A stretch of DNA of 64,000 nucleotides from assembly GCA_963827655.1 (NCBI GenBank), contig CAWHCF010000041.1:64001-128000 (forward strand), read 5' to 3'. The notes beneath the pieces were generated by a model. That model was not told where the DNA came from, ran no database searches, and saw only the letters and a list, made by a program, of their open reading frames with translations. This stretch comes from an uncultured Acidobacteriota bacterium. GTDB lineage: Bacteria; Acidobacteriota; UBA6911. A program made the translations under genes and the position numbers. Below, one piece after another: positions 11,754-21,133 of the stretch. How positions within the stretch are numbered: the first letter of the stretch is position 1; each line of letters starts with the position of its first letter.

Positions 11754-12611
11754 ATGCTGAAACGCCAGAAGTCGGGAGCTGTTCTTTGCCGTTCTTGTGG
11801 AAAGCTGGTCGGCGTGAACGACGAGAAATGTTTGAACTGCGGCCATTCGAACCCGGCCCTGTGGGGTTTTGCGCCGGCCCTCCGCCGCCTGGGACAAGAC
11901 CTCGGGTTCGTTGCAATCGTGATCGGCGGATGCGCCGCTCTCTATACCGCGACACTCCTTGTAGATCCCGAAGGAATCCGCACCACGGGTCTCTTTTCTT
12001 TCCTTGCTCCCAGCACGCGCGCTTTGTTCATGTTCGGCGCCAGCGGCGCGATGCCCGTATTCGTTTACGATCGGTGGTGGACGGTGCTGAGCGCTGCCTG
12101 GCTCCACGGTGGTTTGCTACACATCATCTTTAACATGATGTGGATCCGCCAGCTCGCTCCGGCCACGGCTGAACTGTACGGACCGGGGCGCATGGTGATC
12201 ATTTACACCGCCGCCGCGATCAGCGGCTTTGGACTGAGCACTCTGGCCGGCGCTTTCTTGGGGTCCCTTCCTCTTCTCCTTCGAGGCGCGCAGTTCACGA
12301 TCGGAGCCTCAGCGCCCCTCTTCGGTTTGTTGGGAGCCCTGGTACTCTATGGGCGTCGAAGCGGAAGCAGCTACATTCGCGCTCAGGCATTCGGCAACGC
12401 GGTCGTCCTGTTTGTGTTCGGTCTCGTGATGCAGGGAATCGACAACTATGCCCACCTCGGCGGGTTTGCGGGAGGGTACCTGGCGGCAAGATGGCTGGAT
12501 CCCCTGCGCCCTGAAAGAGTCGAGGACCAGATCGCCGGCCTGGCCTGCCTCGGGCTTTCGGCAGCGTCCATCCTCGCGTCCCTCTTTCATGGATTTAACC
12601 TCTTTCGATAA
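11754..12611 (+). CDS. Rhomboid intramembrane serine protease with N-terminal zinc ribbon
   Basis: CRSC...CLNC, WLHGGLLHIIFNM, catalytic GAS and AHLGG. Confidence 0.92.
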   Translation: MLKRQKSGAVLCRSCGKLVGVNDEKCLNCGHSNPALWGFAPALRRLGQDLGFVAIVIGGCAALYTATLLVDPEGIRTTGLFSFLAPSTRALFMFGASGAMPVFVYDRWWTVLSAAWLHGGLLHIIFNMMWIRQLAPATAELYGPGRMVIIYTAAAISGFGLSTLAGAFLGSLPLLLRGAQFTIGASAPLFGLLGALVLYGRRSGSSYIRAQAFGNAVVLFVFGLVMQGIDNYAHLGGFAGGYLAARWLDPLRPERVEDQIAGLACLGLSAASILASLFHGFNLFR

Positions 12612-12642
12612 GCAAAGAGGGCGCAAGAGAGACCCCGGAATC

Positions 12643-14082
12643 TCACGACTTGCCTGAAGCTTTCTTGCCCCCTTCCCGCAGCAATTGCTTCAACTGCTTG
12701 ATTGTCTCGGCATGCTTGGAGTCGTTGGCCAGGTTCTTCAATTCACGCGGGTCGCTGTCATGATCGTACAACTCGGTCCCTTTTTTCCCTTCGTCCCATT
12801 CCGTGTAACGCCAGCGTTCGGTCCGCACGCTCTTTCCCATGAACCTCTCCTGCGCGGCCCCGCGAGTGACCTGCGTAATAGCCGGCTCGTCCCACGCTTG
12901 CTGGGGATTGTCGAGTAGAGCCCGCAGGCTCGTTCCTTCCAGCGCCGGCGGAGCCGCCAACCCGCACAAATCCGCCAGAGTCGGGTAGAGATCGACGAGC
13001 TCAACCGTGCGCGGCGATGCCTTGCCGTTTCCTTTCCTTGAGGGCGCCGACACGATGAGGGGAACCCGCGCGGACTCTTCGAACAGGCTCATCTTCTGCC
13101 ACTGCCCATGTTCGCCCAGAAGCCAGCCGTGATCCCCAAAAAAAACGACGATTGTATTGTCAGTCAGCTTCAATCGGTCAAGGGCATCGAGTACCCGGCC
13201 AACCTGGGCATCCATAAAGCTGATGCTGGCAAAATAGGCGCGGATAAAGAGGCGAAGCTGATCCGGGGGGACGCCGTAGTGGGGCGGCGTAACCGATAAC
13301 GCGGCGGATGGCAAGGCACCCAGGTGGTCCGCAGGCTCCTGAGGCAGTACGATCTTTTCGAGCGGATAGAGGTCGAAGTACTTCTTGGGCGCGACGCAAG
13401 GCACGTGCGGGCGATAGAACCCCGTTGAAATGAAGAAAGGCTTGTCTTTGTTCTCTTCAAGCAGGCGGATCGTCTCGCTGGCGACTTTGCCGTCGGTCTG
13501 CTCTTCGTCTGTGCCCTCGGCCGCAAGCCAGCAAAGAGCCGAGCCCAGCCCGCGTTGCGGAGTGTAGTTGGTCAGCTTGTCCTCCTCATCTTTGTCGCGC
13601 CCGCGCGGATTGACCACGAGGTTCCACGATTTCTCGTCGTCAAGTCCGCTGGTGCCTATCTGGCCTGGAACGCCATAGTGGTAGAGCTTGCCGACGCGAG
13701 CCGCAAAGTAGCCGTTTTTCTGAAACAGCTGCGGCAGAGTGGTCGCCTCGGGCACGTTTTGACGGAAATGAGTCATGTTCTCGTAGACCTTGGTCGTATC
13801 GGGCCGCAACCCTGTGAGGAACGAGGACCGACTCGGGTTACAAAGCGGAAACTGGCAGTAGGCACGATCAAAGCGAACGCCCCTGCGCGCCAGCCGGTCG
13901 ATATTGGGCGACTTGACCAGCCGATGCCCATAGGATCCCAGCGCATTGTTTAGATCGTCCACTGCGATGAACAGAACATTCATTTTTCTCGAAGGCTGCT
14001 GCGACTGGGCTGAGAACTTCATTCCAACGACAGTAAAGGCGGCGGCTAGAAAAACAAGAAGCGCGAATAGTCGGCGACGCAT
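12643..14082 (-). CDS. Sulfatase (iduronate/choline sulfatase-like, S1)
   Basis: [15 protein letters not shown] formylglycine motif, GKLYH, RPH.P, GDHG; GGAGG RBS before ATG 14082. Confidence 0.95.
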   Translation of the reverse strand: MRRRLFALLVFLAAAFTVVGMKFSAQSQQPSRKMNVLFIAVDDLNNALGSYGHRLVKSPNIDRLARRGVRFDRAYCQFPLCNPSRSSFLTGLRPDTTKVYENMTHFRQNVPEATTLPQLFQKNGYFAARVGKLYHYGVPGQIGTSGLDDEKSWNLVVNPRGRDKDEEDKLTNYTPQRGLGSALCWLAAEGTDEEQTDGKVASETIRLLEENKDKPFFISTGFYRPHVPCVAPKKYFDLYPLEKIVLPQEPADHLGALPSAALSVTPPHYGVPPDQLRLFIRAYFASISFMDAQVGRVLDALDRLKLTDNTIVVFFGDHGWLLGEHGQWQKMSLFEESARVPLIVSAPSRKGNGKASPRTVELVDLYPTLADLCGLAAPPALEGTSLRALLDNPQQAWDEPAITQVTRGAAQERFMGKSVRTERWRYTEWDEGKKGTELYDHDSDPRELKNLANDSKHAETIKQLKQLLREGGKKASGKS

Positions 14083-14183
14083 CGAATTCCTCCTTTGGCG
14101 GCTCGAAAACAACCCGGAACGCGCATTGTCATACGAATGGGGTGGCCGGATCAATCCACTTGACGTTCCCGGCGTTTCTTCGT

Positions 14184-14253
14184 GTCTTCGTGGTTAGAGC
14201 TGTCTAACAAATACCACTAAGGCTCAAAGACACGAAGAAACACCAAGAATCTT
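14184..14253. repeat. 70-bp ACACGAAG-family hairpin repeat, copy 2
   Basis: Direct repeat of 10050-10119 with one mismatch. Confidence 0.9.
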
Positions 14254-14375
14254 GCCAAAAAGCAAGAAGTTACGACCCTGTAATACGAAGACTTGAAGAC
14301 ACCGTTTGGGTCACGACACACCATGAGACTTCAGGTTTATACTGTATGATCTGATCAGAAGAAGGAGAGACGCCC

Positions 14376-15026
14376 ATGGAACCAGAGATATCCGATTTGC
14401 GCGTGATGGCTCAACGGCTCGAAAAGCTCGAAAGACAAAACCGGAGGCTCATGCAGGGGGGAGTTCTGGCTCTGGCCGTCTTGTTCTCCATCGTATGGAT
14501 GGGACAAGCTCCTCCTCCTCGCAAGCTCCGCCCCGTCGAGGCGGACAGATTCATTCTAAAGGACCCGACCGGAAAGAAACGGGCGGAACTGATGATGGAG
14601 GAGACCGGCCCGGGCTTGGTGTTATATGACACCGCTGGGAAGCGTATCGGCCGATTTGGAGGAGTAAGCAACGGGGCCGGGCTCAGCCTGCAGAGTGTCG
14701 AGGGGGGGGCCAGACTCTCGCTCGTGTCTCAGCCCGAGGGCCCTTACCTGTTGCTCTTTGACGCCGAGGGAAAATTCAGAACTGAATTGGGAGCAGGCCA
14801 GAGAGGGCCCTACATGCTGCTTCATGACAGTGATGGAATCCCGCGTGCGGCTCTGGCCCTGGACAACGAGCAACCCAAACTTCACCTCTCCGATAGCCAA
14901 GGGTTCACAGCGATCCTGGGCAGCAACCCGCTCGTGACGGCGAATACTCAAGCCGTTCAGAAGACAAATGCCGCCTCCCTCCTGTTCTTTGGCAAAGACA
15001 GGGAGATTCTCTGGCGGGCCCCCTAG
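14376..15026 (+). CDS. Hypothetical membrane-anchored protein with ~22-aa beta-hairpin repeats
   Basis: AAGGAG RBS; short coiled coil, one TM, then repeats of the form P.L.L.D..G..R..L. Confidence 0.8.
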   Translation: MEPEISDLRVMAQRLEKLERQNRRLMQGGVLALAVLFSIVWMGQAPPPRKLRPVEADRFILKDPTGKKRAELMMEETGPGLVLYDTAGKRIGRFGGVSNGAGLSLQSVEGGARLSLVSQPEGPYLLLFDAEGKFRTELGAGQRGPYMLLHDSDGIPRAALALDNEQPKLHLSDSQGFTAILGSNPLVTANTQAVQKTNAASLLFFGKDREILWRAP

Positions 15027-15190
15027 GGTCGGCGCAGAAACAGGTCTGATCCAGGCCCCGAAGCGGCGCGAGTGGACCTGCGTACGCGGGTACGCGAGGA
15101 GCGAGCAATATGGCCAGGGCGGGCCAGCCAGACGCAGCCCAAACGGGCGCAACAAGAGGCTTGCCAGGCTGTAGCGCTGGCGTGAACACC
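15026..15190. mobile_element. Diverged MITE-like element starting in a TAG stop codon
   Basis: CTA|GGGTCGGCGCAGAAA resembles the MITE end GGGCTCGCGCAGAAA. Internal GGCGCGAGTGG..CGGGTACGCGAGGAGCGAGCAA is similar to the reverse complement of the 57201-57433 interior. Right boundary is uncertain. Confidence 0.5.
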
Positions 15191-15259
15191 TTTAAAGAGA
15201 GGAAAAAATCCCTGATTTTTACTCCCGGCCATCGGGGAAAGAAGTCCGCTGTTTATCTC

Positions 15260-15272
15260 CAAGTGGTTGATA
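15260..15272 (-). promoter_or_regulatory. IHF-binding site
   Basis: Minus strand TATCAACCACTTG exactly matches WATCAANNNNTTR, about 30 bp upstream of a sigma54 box. Confidence 0.65.
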
Positions 15273-15302
15273 TTTCGATTTGTAAATACCAAGCTTGTTT
15301 CT

Positions 15303-15318
15303 TGGCACGGTGATTGCA
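15303..15318 (+). promoter_or_regulatory. Sigma54 (-24/-12) promoter
   Basis: TGGCACGGTGATTGCA matches TGGCACG-N4-TTGCW, 70 bp upstream of the OmpA gene. Confidence 0.85.
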
Positions 15319-15387
15319 GTTGGGTTATGATGCAAGGGCTGTTAAACATCTTAAACTGAGGAGTTTCTTAGCCAGGAGGGGATTTCC

Positions 15388-16485
15388 ATGAGAGATTTCG
15401 CAAACCGCCAGCTGTACTTCGCGCTGGTTGTTGCTGTCGTGCTTGCGATTGCCTTACCCGCTACAGCACAACAGAGCACCGCCAAACCAGACGCCCAGAA
15501 GGCGCAGCCGACTCAAACCCAGGCGTCGCAGCCGGCCGCAAAAGCAGAGCCGACCGGTAAGAAAATCGAAGTCAAGGGTACAATCGTGAAGCGGGACGCT
15601 GATACCTTTACCCTGCGAGACCAGCAGGGCCAGCAAACCGTGGTAACGCTTAACAACGAAACAGAAGTCAAGGAAAAGAAGAGCAATCCGTTCCGCCGCT
15701 CCAAGAACTACGCAACGACGCAAATCATGCGCGGTCTCGTCGTGGAGGTCGAAGGACACGGTGATACCGGCAGGATTACGGCAGACGAGATCAGGTTCAC
15801 CGACGTCGACTACAGAATGGCTTCCTCAGTAGAGACGGCGGTGGTCCCAGTCGAGGGTCGCCTGACTCAGAGCGAGACTCGATTGACCCAGGCGGAAACC
15901 AACGCGCAGCGGCTTTCGGGTCAGGTTGACGAGCTGAGCGCCGTGTCGAATGCCGCCAAAGGCGGCGCCAAGGCGGCCCAGGAGACTGCGGATGCCGCCA
16001 TGGCAGGTGTCAACGAAACCAAAACCCAAGTTGCCGCAACCGGCGAAAGAGTGAACCGGACCAACGAACGGATTTCGTCACTGGACGATTATGATGTCAA
16101 GCAGAACCTTGTGATCAACTTCAAGGTCGGCAGCGCGGTTCTTTCGAAAGAGTCGCAAGCCCAGCTCGATACTCTGGCCGAGCAAGCGAAGACCGATAAG
16201 GGGTATGTCATCGAGGTCACCGGGTTTGCGTCCGCCGATGGGAATGAGGATTATAATCGCCGCCTGAGCCACAACCGCGCCGACGCAGTGGTCCAGTATC
16301 TGGCGGAAAACCACATGATCCCGTTGCGGCGGATCATTACTCCCTTCGGCTACGGGGAAAAGCAGCCGATCGCCGACAACGCGACTCGTGACGGCCGGCA
16401 GCAGAACCGCCGCGTGGAGGTCAAGATCCTGATGAACAAAGGGCTGACCGAGACAGCGAAGGCATCTGCGCCCACCGGACCCTGA
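15388..16485 (+). CDS. OmpA-family protein (DUF5666-like N-domain, coiled coil, OmpA C-domain)
   Basis: GGAGG RBS, signal peptide, GFAS.DG...YN..LS..RA.AV and NRRVEV. Confidence 0.92.
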   Translation: MRDFANRQLYFALVVAVVLAIALPATAQQSTAKPDAQKAQPTQTQASQPAAKAEPTGKKIEVKGTIVKRDADTFTLRDQQGQQTVVTLNNETEVKEKKSNPFRRSKNYATTQIMRGLVVEVEGHGDTGRITADEIRFTDVDYRMASSVETAVVPVEGRLTQSETRLTQAETNAQRLSGQVDELSAVSNAAKGGAKAAQETADAAMAGVNETKTQVAATGERVNRTNERISSLDDYDVKQNLVINFKVGSAVLSKESQAQLDTLAEQAKTDKGYVIEVTGFASADGNEDYNRRLSHNRADAVVQYLAENHMIPLRRIITPFGYGEKQPIADNATRDGRQQNRRVEVKILMNKGLTETAKASAPTGP

Positions 16486-16521
16486 CTGATAAAGGCATGA
16501 ATAGAGTTGTTCTTTGACCGG

Positions 16522-16558
16522 GCGGCTCGCTCCCAGTCGGGGCGAGCCGCTTTTTTTT
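16522..16558 (+). terminator. Rho-independent terminator
   Basis: GCGGCTCGCTCC-loop-GGGGCGAGCCGC stem followed by T8. Confidence 0.85.
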
Positions 16559-16588
16559 CTACCAGCATTCTCGAGGGGTGGGGTGATC

Positions 16589-17533
16589 ATGCAAGCCAAA
16601 CAAGCGATAATCAAGCTTGCTCTGGTTTCAATCCTCTCCGTTCCCCCCTTCTGCACGGTTCAATCCCAGACGCTTCCGGGCCAGACTCCCGTCATCCGCG
16701 TCAACGCGAACCTTGTCTCCGTTCCGGTATCCGTGACAAACAATGCGGGAGAACCAGTTCAGAATCTGCGAGCCGAAGACTTCAGAATCGAAGAAGATGG
16801 AAAGCCCCAGACCATTTCGAACATGGGAGAACCGGGCGAGGCCCGGATGGAGCTGGCTCTGCTGTTCGATGTCTCAGGGAGTCTTTTCCCCAAGTTCGAC
16901 TTCGCCAAGGAGGCGGCCTCACGGTTCCTCCAATCAATTCTTCGGCCCGTGGATGCGGTTTCCATCTACACCATCGGTGCCACGCCGCGACGCGTTCTCG
17001 ACAGGACCATGGGCGCGAAAGCCGCACTGGAGGGCCTGGCAGCGATTAAACCCAGTCGCGAGCAAACGGCCTTCTTCGACGCTGTGATGGCAGCCGCAGG
17101 TTCCGTGGGTCAGGGCGCGGCGCCGGATGCGAGACGCGTGGTCGTGGTCCTCTCGGATGGCGAGGACAACAACAGCGAGTCCAACAGGCTGGCCGGCACG
17201 CTTCAGGCGCTGCAGCGCGCCGACTGCATCCTCTATTCGATAAACCCGAGCGGTCCCTCGATTTGGCTGAACAAGGTCAGTCTCAAGGGGCACGAGGTGT
17301 TGAAGCAGCTGGCTTCTCAAACGGGAGGGTCGGCGTTCCTGCCCGATAAACTGGAGGACCTCGATGCGATATTCACGCGCATCGCGGCCGAGATCAAGGC
17401 CCAGTACCTGCTGGGTTACTATCCTCCCGACAATCCGATGGACGGCTCCTTCCGGCGCATTGCGGTACACGTCCCGAAGAGGCCGGAACTCCTTGTTCGC
17501 GCGCGCCAGGGGTACTACACTTCTAAACCGTGA
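16589..17533 (+). CDS. VWA domain protein (acidobacterial VWFA-related family)
   Basis: IRVNANLVSVPVSV, DVSGS MIDAS, LSDGED, QYLLGYYP and VRARQGY. Confidence 0.9.
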   Translation: MQAKQAIIKLALVSILSVPPFCTVQSQTLPGQTPVIRVNANLVSVPVSVTNNAGEPVQNLRAEDFRIEEDGKPQTISNMGEPGEARMELALLFDVSGSLFPKFDFAKEAASRFLQSILRPVDAVSIYTIGATPRRVLDRTMGAKAALEGLAAIKPSREQTAFFDAVMAAAGSVGQGAAPDARRVVVVLSDGEDNNSESNRLAGTLQALQRADCILYSINPSGPSIWLNKVSLKGHEVLKQLASQTGGSAFLPDKLEDLDAIFTRIAAEIKAQYLLGYYPPDNPMDGSFRRIAVHVPKRPELLVRARQGYYTSKP

Positions 17534-17595
17534 CTCGTGTCCCTGGTGTTTCTTCGTGTAGTCTCATGCTGGTTGAAACCTCTCGAAGCGTCCCT

Positions 17596-18375
17596 ATGAG
17601 CTTCCGCTCTCTATCATCTATCGTCCTATCGCTTGCGTTTCTCGCAGCCGCTGCTCGTGCCGGGACGCAGAATCAAGATCTCGCACCGCGGCCCGATCCG
17701 ACGACTTCACAGGCCGAACCCGGGCTGTCCAGATCGGACGTTATAAGAACCGCCGAAGAGTATAAAGCCAGCCTCGAAAGGTTGATCCCTTTCCAGGAAG
17801 CCTTCATCAAACGTGCCGCAGAAATGGCGGAGAAGCGGGAGATGCTTTTCGCGCAGGGTCTCATCTCGAAAGTCGAACTCGAGCAGAGTCAGGCCGAGCA
17901 AGCGGACGCTAAAGCGAAGCTGGAGGAGACTCTAACGAAGATTTCGGAATCGGCCAACCTCATTGCCGAAGCCAGGCTGGAGGAAGAGCTCGGGCAGGCG
18001 AAACCGCCAGACCCTGACGTGGTAATTCGCTACACAGGCCCTGAAATCTGGTCGCTCTCGAAACTGGTCAACATCGAGAGCTTTTTCGCCGCTCGATTCG
18101 GCCACACGCTGCCTGTGAGCGCTTTTGGTCAGACGGCGCTGCACGACCGCCTGGGTTTCATGCACGGAGAGGCCATCGATATCGCGCTGCACCCCGACAG
18201 TCCGCAAGGCCAGGAGTTGATGAATTACCTGCGCAGCGCCGGTATATCGTTCATCGCCTTTCGCACGGCCGTGCCGGGATCGGCTACAGGCGCGCACATC
18301 CATATAGGAAAGCCGTCGCCCAAAAGCATCGTCGACTCGCGGCGTGTTCGCAACTTCATAAGTAGCACCTCCTGA
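17596..18375 (+). CDS. Secreted coiled-coil protein with a putative M15/Hedgehog-like Zn-peptidase C-domain
   Basis: Signal peptide, coiled coil, then HGEAIDI (HxxxxD-like) and ATGAHIHIG (HxH). Family assignment is inferred. Confidence 0.6.
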   Translation: MSFRSLSSIVLSLAFLAAAARAGTQNQDLAPRPDPTTSQAEPGLSRSDVIRTAEEYKASLERLIPFQEAFIKRAAEMAEKREMLFAQGLISKVELEQSQAEQADAKAKLEETLTKISESANLIAEARLEEELGQAKPPDPDVVIRYTGPEIWSLSKLVNIESFFAARFGHTLPVSAFGQTALHDRLGFMHGEAIDIALHPDSPQGQELMNYLRSAGISFIAFRTAVPGSATGAHIHIGKPSPKSIVDSRRVRNFISSTS

Positions 18376-18497
18376 CGAAGTCCACCCTCCTGAGACCCGC
18401 CCGGCTTCATGAATCGAGTGAGCAAGTCCGTCCTCTGTCACCGTACCAGGAAGCGTCAGGTTCGACTGACTTCGGGCCAGTGCTGATTGCCGATTAC

Positions 18498-19307
18498 CTA
18501 TCTGGATGCGGGCGTGTTCGGAGCTTCGACCAGAATCTTGCCGGTAAGCAGGTAAGCGAGGGTCTGGTTCAGGTCACGCTCATCTGTGGCAGCCAGAACC
18601 AGCCCTCCCGCATCGCGGACCGCGTTGAATCGATCTGCCTTGATATCGAACGCCACGAAATAAATCGAGGCGCGATCCTGTTCGCGCTGCCGGGCGATCG
18701 CTTCCGCGACATCGCCCGGCGAATAACCGCGGGTATTCTGCCCGTCGGTAACGACCAGGATGTGGCGGCGCGAGAGACGGGTCGCGTCCAGGTCGCGCTT
18801 GGCTACGATCATGGCATCGCCGATCGGAGTTCCCCCTTCGGCCTTCAGGCCCTTCAGCGCGGTCTCCGCCGCCCGCAGATCCGGTGGCCCCAGCGGCACG
18901 GATTTCCGGCAGTGCGGCCCTCTATCGCGGGAACTGAATTCGTAGATGCCCAGGCTTATCCGGCGATCTTTGTGCTCGATGGAAAACTTCTCGAACTGAC
19001 GTACCAGCTCCAGGACGGCACGGCGCGCAATCTGGAGTTTAGGCTTCTTTGCTCCGTCGGCATCCTTAACTTTGTCCTTCATGCTTCCCGAAGTGTCCAG
19101 CACAACGATTGCGGCAGTGCCTTCCTGGAATTCGATGTCAGGCGGCAGGCGCAGTTGTTCCTCGACAGGATTTGCCGGCGCCGAGCCGGATCCACCAACC
19201 TGACGGTGGGGCTCGCAACTTGCAGCGAGAAAAGCGCTCAGGGCAACCAGCGCCAGACTCCAACCCGGCCCAGCCAGAGGCTTACTTTTGTTCGGGCGGA
19301 AAGACAC
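18498..19307 (-). CDS. vWA-domain lipoprotein
   Basis: Lipobox-like FLAASC; DTSGSM MIDAS, GGTP and VVTDG; overlaps the upstream gene end. Confidence 0.85.
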   Translation of the reverse strand: MSFRPNKSKPLAGPGWSLALVALSAFLAASCEPHRQVGGSGSAPANPVEEQLRLPPDIEFQEGTAAIVVLDTSGSMKDKVKDADGAKKPKLQIARRAVLELVRQFEKFSIEHKDRRISLGIYEFSSRDRGPHCRKSVPLGPPDLRAAETALKGLKAEGGTPIGDAMIVAKRDLDATRLSRRHILVVTDGQNTRGYSPGDVAEAIARQREQDRASIYFVAFDIKADRFNAVRDAGGLVLAATDERDLNQTLAYLLTGKILVEAPNTPASR

Positions 19308-20988
19308 TGATTTCTACTCGCCGATTCAGAGCGTGATTGGCGGACTCACCGGGATCGGCCGGCTGATCCCACCCTTTCCCCTCGATGGTGAACTTATTGG
19401 GATCGAACTTGAATTTCTCGATCAGAGAGCGCTTGATCGCCTCGGCGCGGGCGAGGCTGAGGTCGCGCACCGCCTGCACTGGAACGCGCCCCTTCATGCT
19501 GGAGTCGGTGTGCCCTTCGATCAGAATGACGGCTCGAGCGAATTGTCCTGCCAGGCGCGCCACCTGCTCGAGCGTCGCGCTTACATTTGGATCATATAGC
19601 TTGCCGGCAACAGTGGAGCCGCTCTCATCGCGCGCAGGCTCGTAAGGGTTCGCCGAATTCGGAAAGAAGTTGATCCGAATGGTCTGGGTCAGGATCGGAG
19701 CTTCTGCGGTGATCTTGCGAAAGCTGGCCGGCGTAAAGGCGGCGACGCTTTCGTCCTTGTGGTGCGCGAACATTCCTTTCTGCTGGATCTTCTGGACGAA
19801 GGTAAAATCCATCACCTGGTCGAACGACGCCGGAGCGTTGATTCGACCCAGCTCGCGATAGACGTAACTTGCGTTCTTCCACGTGCGCTCGAAATTCGTC
19901 GGATTGGAAGCATTCAGGAAAAACTGGATATTTTCCGCCAGGTTAGTCAGGTGCGCGTCGTTGCGCATCTTCATTACGTCTTCGGGTTTCATTCCAAAAG
20001 CATCCGCCATCCAGCGGGCCGCCTCCTCCGGTTTTTCCTTTACCAGATCCATCCCTTCGAAGATCCCGGCAATCAGTCCCTCAACCACCTCGGGATGATC
20101 GCGCACGAAGTCGGCGCGAACTGCGTAAACATCCGCAATCAGCTTGTTGGCGTCAGCCGTACTCGACAGGATGCGCGTCCCGGCAATACGTTCGGGGATA
20201 TTGTAGATATCCGGCGCCCACGAGACGCAGGCGTCCACTTTCTTGTCGGCCACGAATGCGGCCGCGGCTTCGAACGCCGTGGCCGTGTATTTCGGGTTGA
20301 TATCGGCAGGGCGAAGCCCCGCCGAGAGAAGCAGCGAATTCAAGTAGTATTCGCTGGGCGAATTCTGAGCCAGCGTGATGGTCCGCTTGCGCAGATCCGC
20401 GACCGATTTGATGGAGCTGCGCACCACAATCCCATCGCCGCCGTTTGACCAGTCAATCTGCTGAAGGATGCGGGGAGCGGTCCTGGAATCGCGCTGTAAC
20501 TCAGGCGCAAAGAGGGTCATCATGTCCACCGTTCCCCACAGCGTGTGGACCTCGCCGGCGGCGAAAGCATCGCGCGCCGCGACCGGATCGTCCATCAGGA
20601 CCATTTCCAGACGAAACCCGTGTTTCTTGGCAAACACGCTGTCGGGGTTTGGTTTTGTTCCCCGATTGGCCGCAATGACCGGAAGCCAACCGCCCCAGAC
20701 GTTGTAGGAGAAGCGAAGGATCTTCTCGTTCGCATTCCATTTATACTGGCTGACGCCCTTGACGGCGGGCAGACGATCGGCCGGGACGTACTTGTATTCC
20801 TTGACCGTAGTGACTCCCGACGTATCGGGAGCTTCGGTTTGCGGGCCCTCCGCTCCGGGAGTCGCAGCCGAGCGGGGTTGTTGGCTCTTGCGCGCGACGA
20901 TAATCGCGCCGGCCACAATCAACCCCACGATCAGCAGGATCGAAAGAAATTTACCCAAGGTCGTTAACCGGGCTCCTTCATTAGCCAT
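19282..20988 (-). CDS. ABC-type substrate-binding (NMT1/SsuA-like) protein fused to a C-terminal OmpA domain
   Basis: N-terminal TM; DWSNGGDGIV, W.PD and LIADV (PBP type II); EGHTDS..LS..RA..I and NRRVE (OmpA); GAGGAG RBS. Confidence 0.9.
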   Translation of the reverse strand: MANEGARLTTLGKFLSILLIVGLIVAGAIIVARKSQQPRSAATPGAEGPQTEAPDTSGVTTVKEYKYVPADRLPAVKGVSQYKWNANEKILRFSYNVWGGWLPVIAANRGTKPNPDSVFAKKHGFRLEMVLMDDPVAARDAFAAGEVHTLWGTVDMMTLFAPELQRDSRTAPRILQQIDWSNGGDGIVVRSSIKSVADLRKRTITLAQNSPSEYYLNSLLLSAGLRPADINPKYTATAFEAAAAFVADKKVDACVSWAPDIYNIPERIAGTRILSSTADANKLIADVYAVRADFVRDHPEVVEGLIAGIFEGMDLVKEKPEEAARWMADAFGMKPEDVMKMRNDAHLTNLAENIQFFLNASNPTNFERTWKNASYVYRELGRINAPASFDQVMDFTFVQKIQQKGMFAHHKDESVAAFTPASFRKITAEAPILTQTIRINFFPNSANPYEPARDESGSTVAGKLYDPNVSATLEQVARLAGQFARAVILIEGHTDSSMKGRVPVQAVRDLSLARAEAIKRSLIEKFKFDPNKFTIEGKGWDQPADPGESANHALNRRVEISVFPPEQK

Positions 20989-21000
20989 GGTTCTCTCCTC

Positions 21001-21131
21001 GATTGCAGATTTCGGATTGCAGATTGCGGATTCTATCGATCTCGGATTGCGGATTTAAGAACTCGTCAACAATAGAAATCTGCAGGTCTGTCAAGTCCGC
21101 AATCCGCAATCCGCAATCCGCAATCCGCAAT
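21001..21131. repeat. Inverted heptamer arrays (GCGGATT-like / AATCCGC x4)
   Basis: Degenerate GATTGCR units at 21001-21056 face AATCCGC x4 at 21101-21128, forming a long potential hairpin inside the operon. Confidence 0.85.
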
Positions 21132-21133
21132 TG

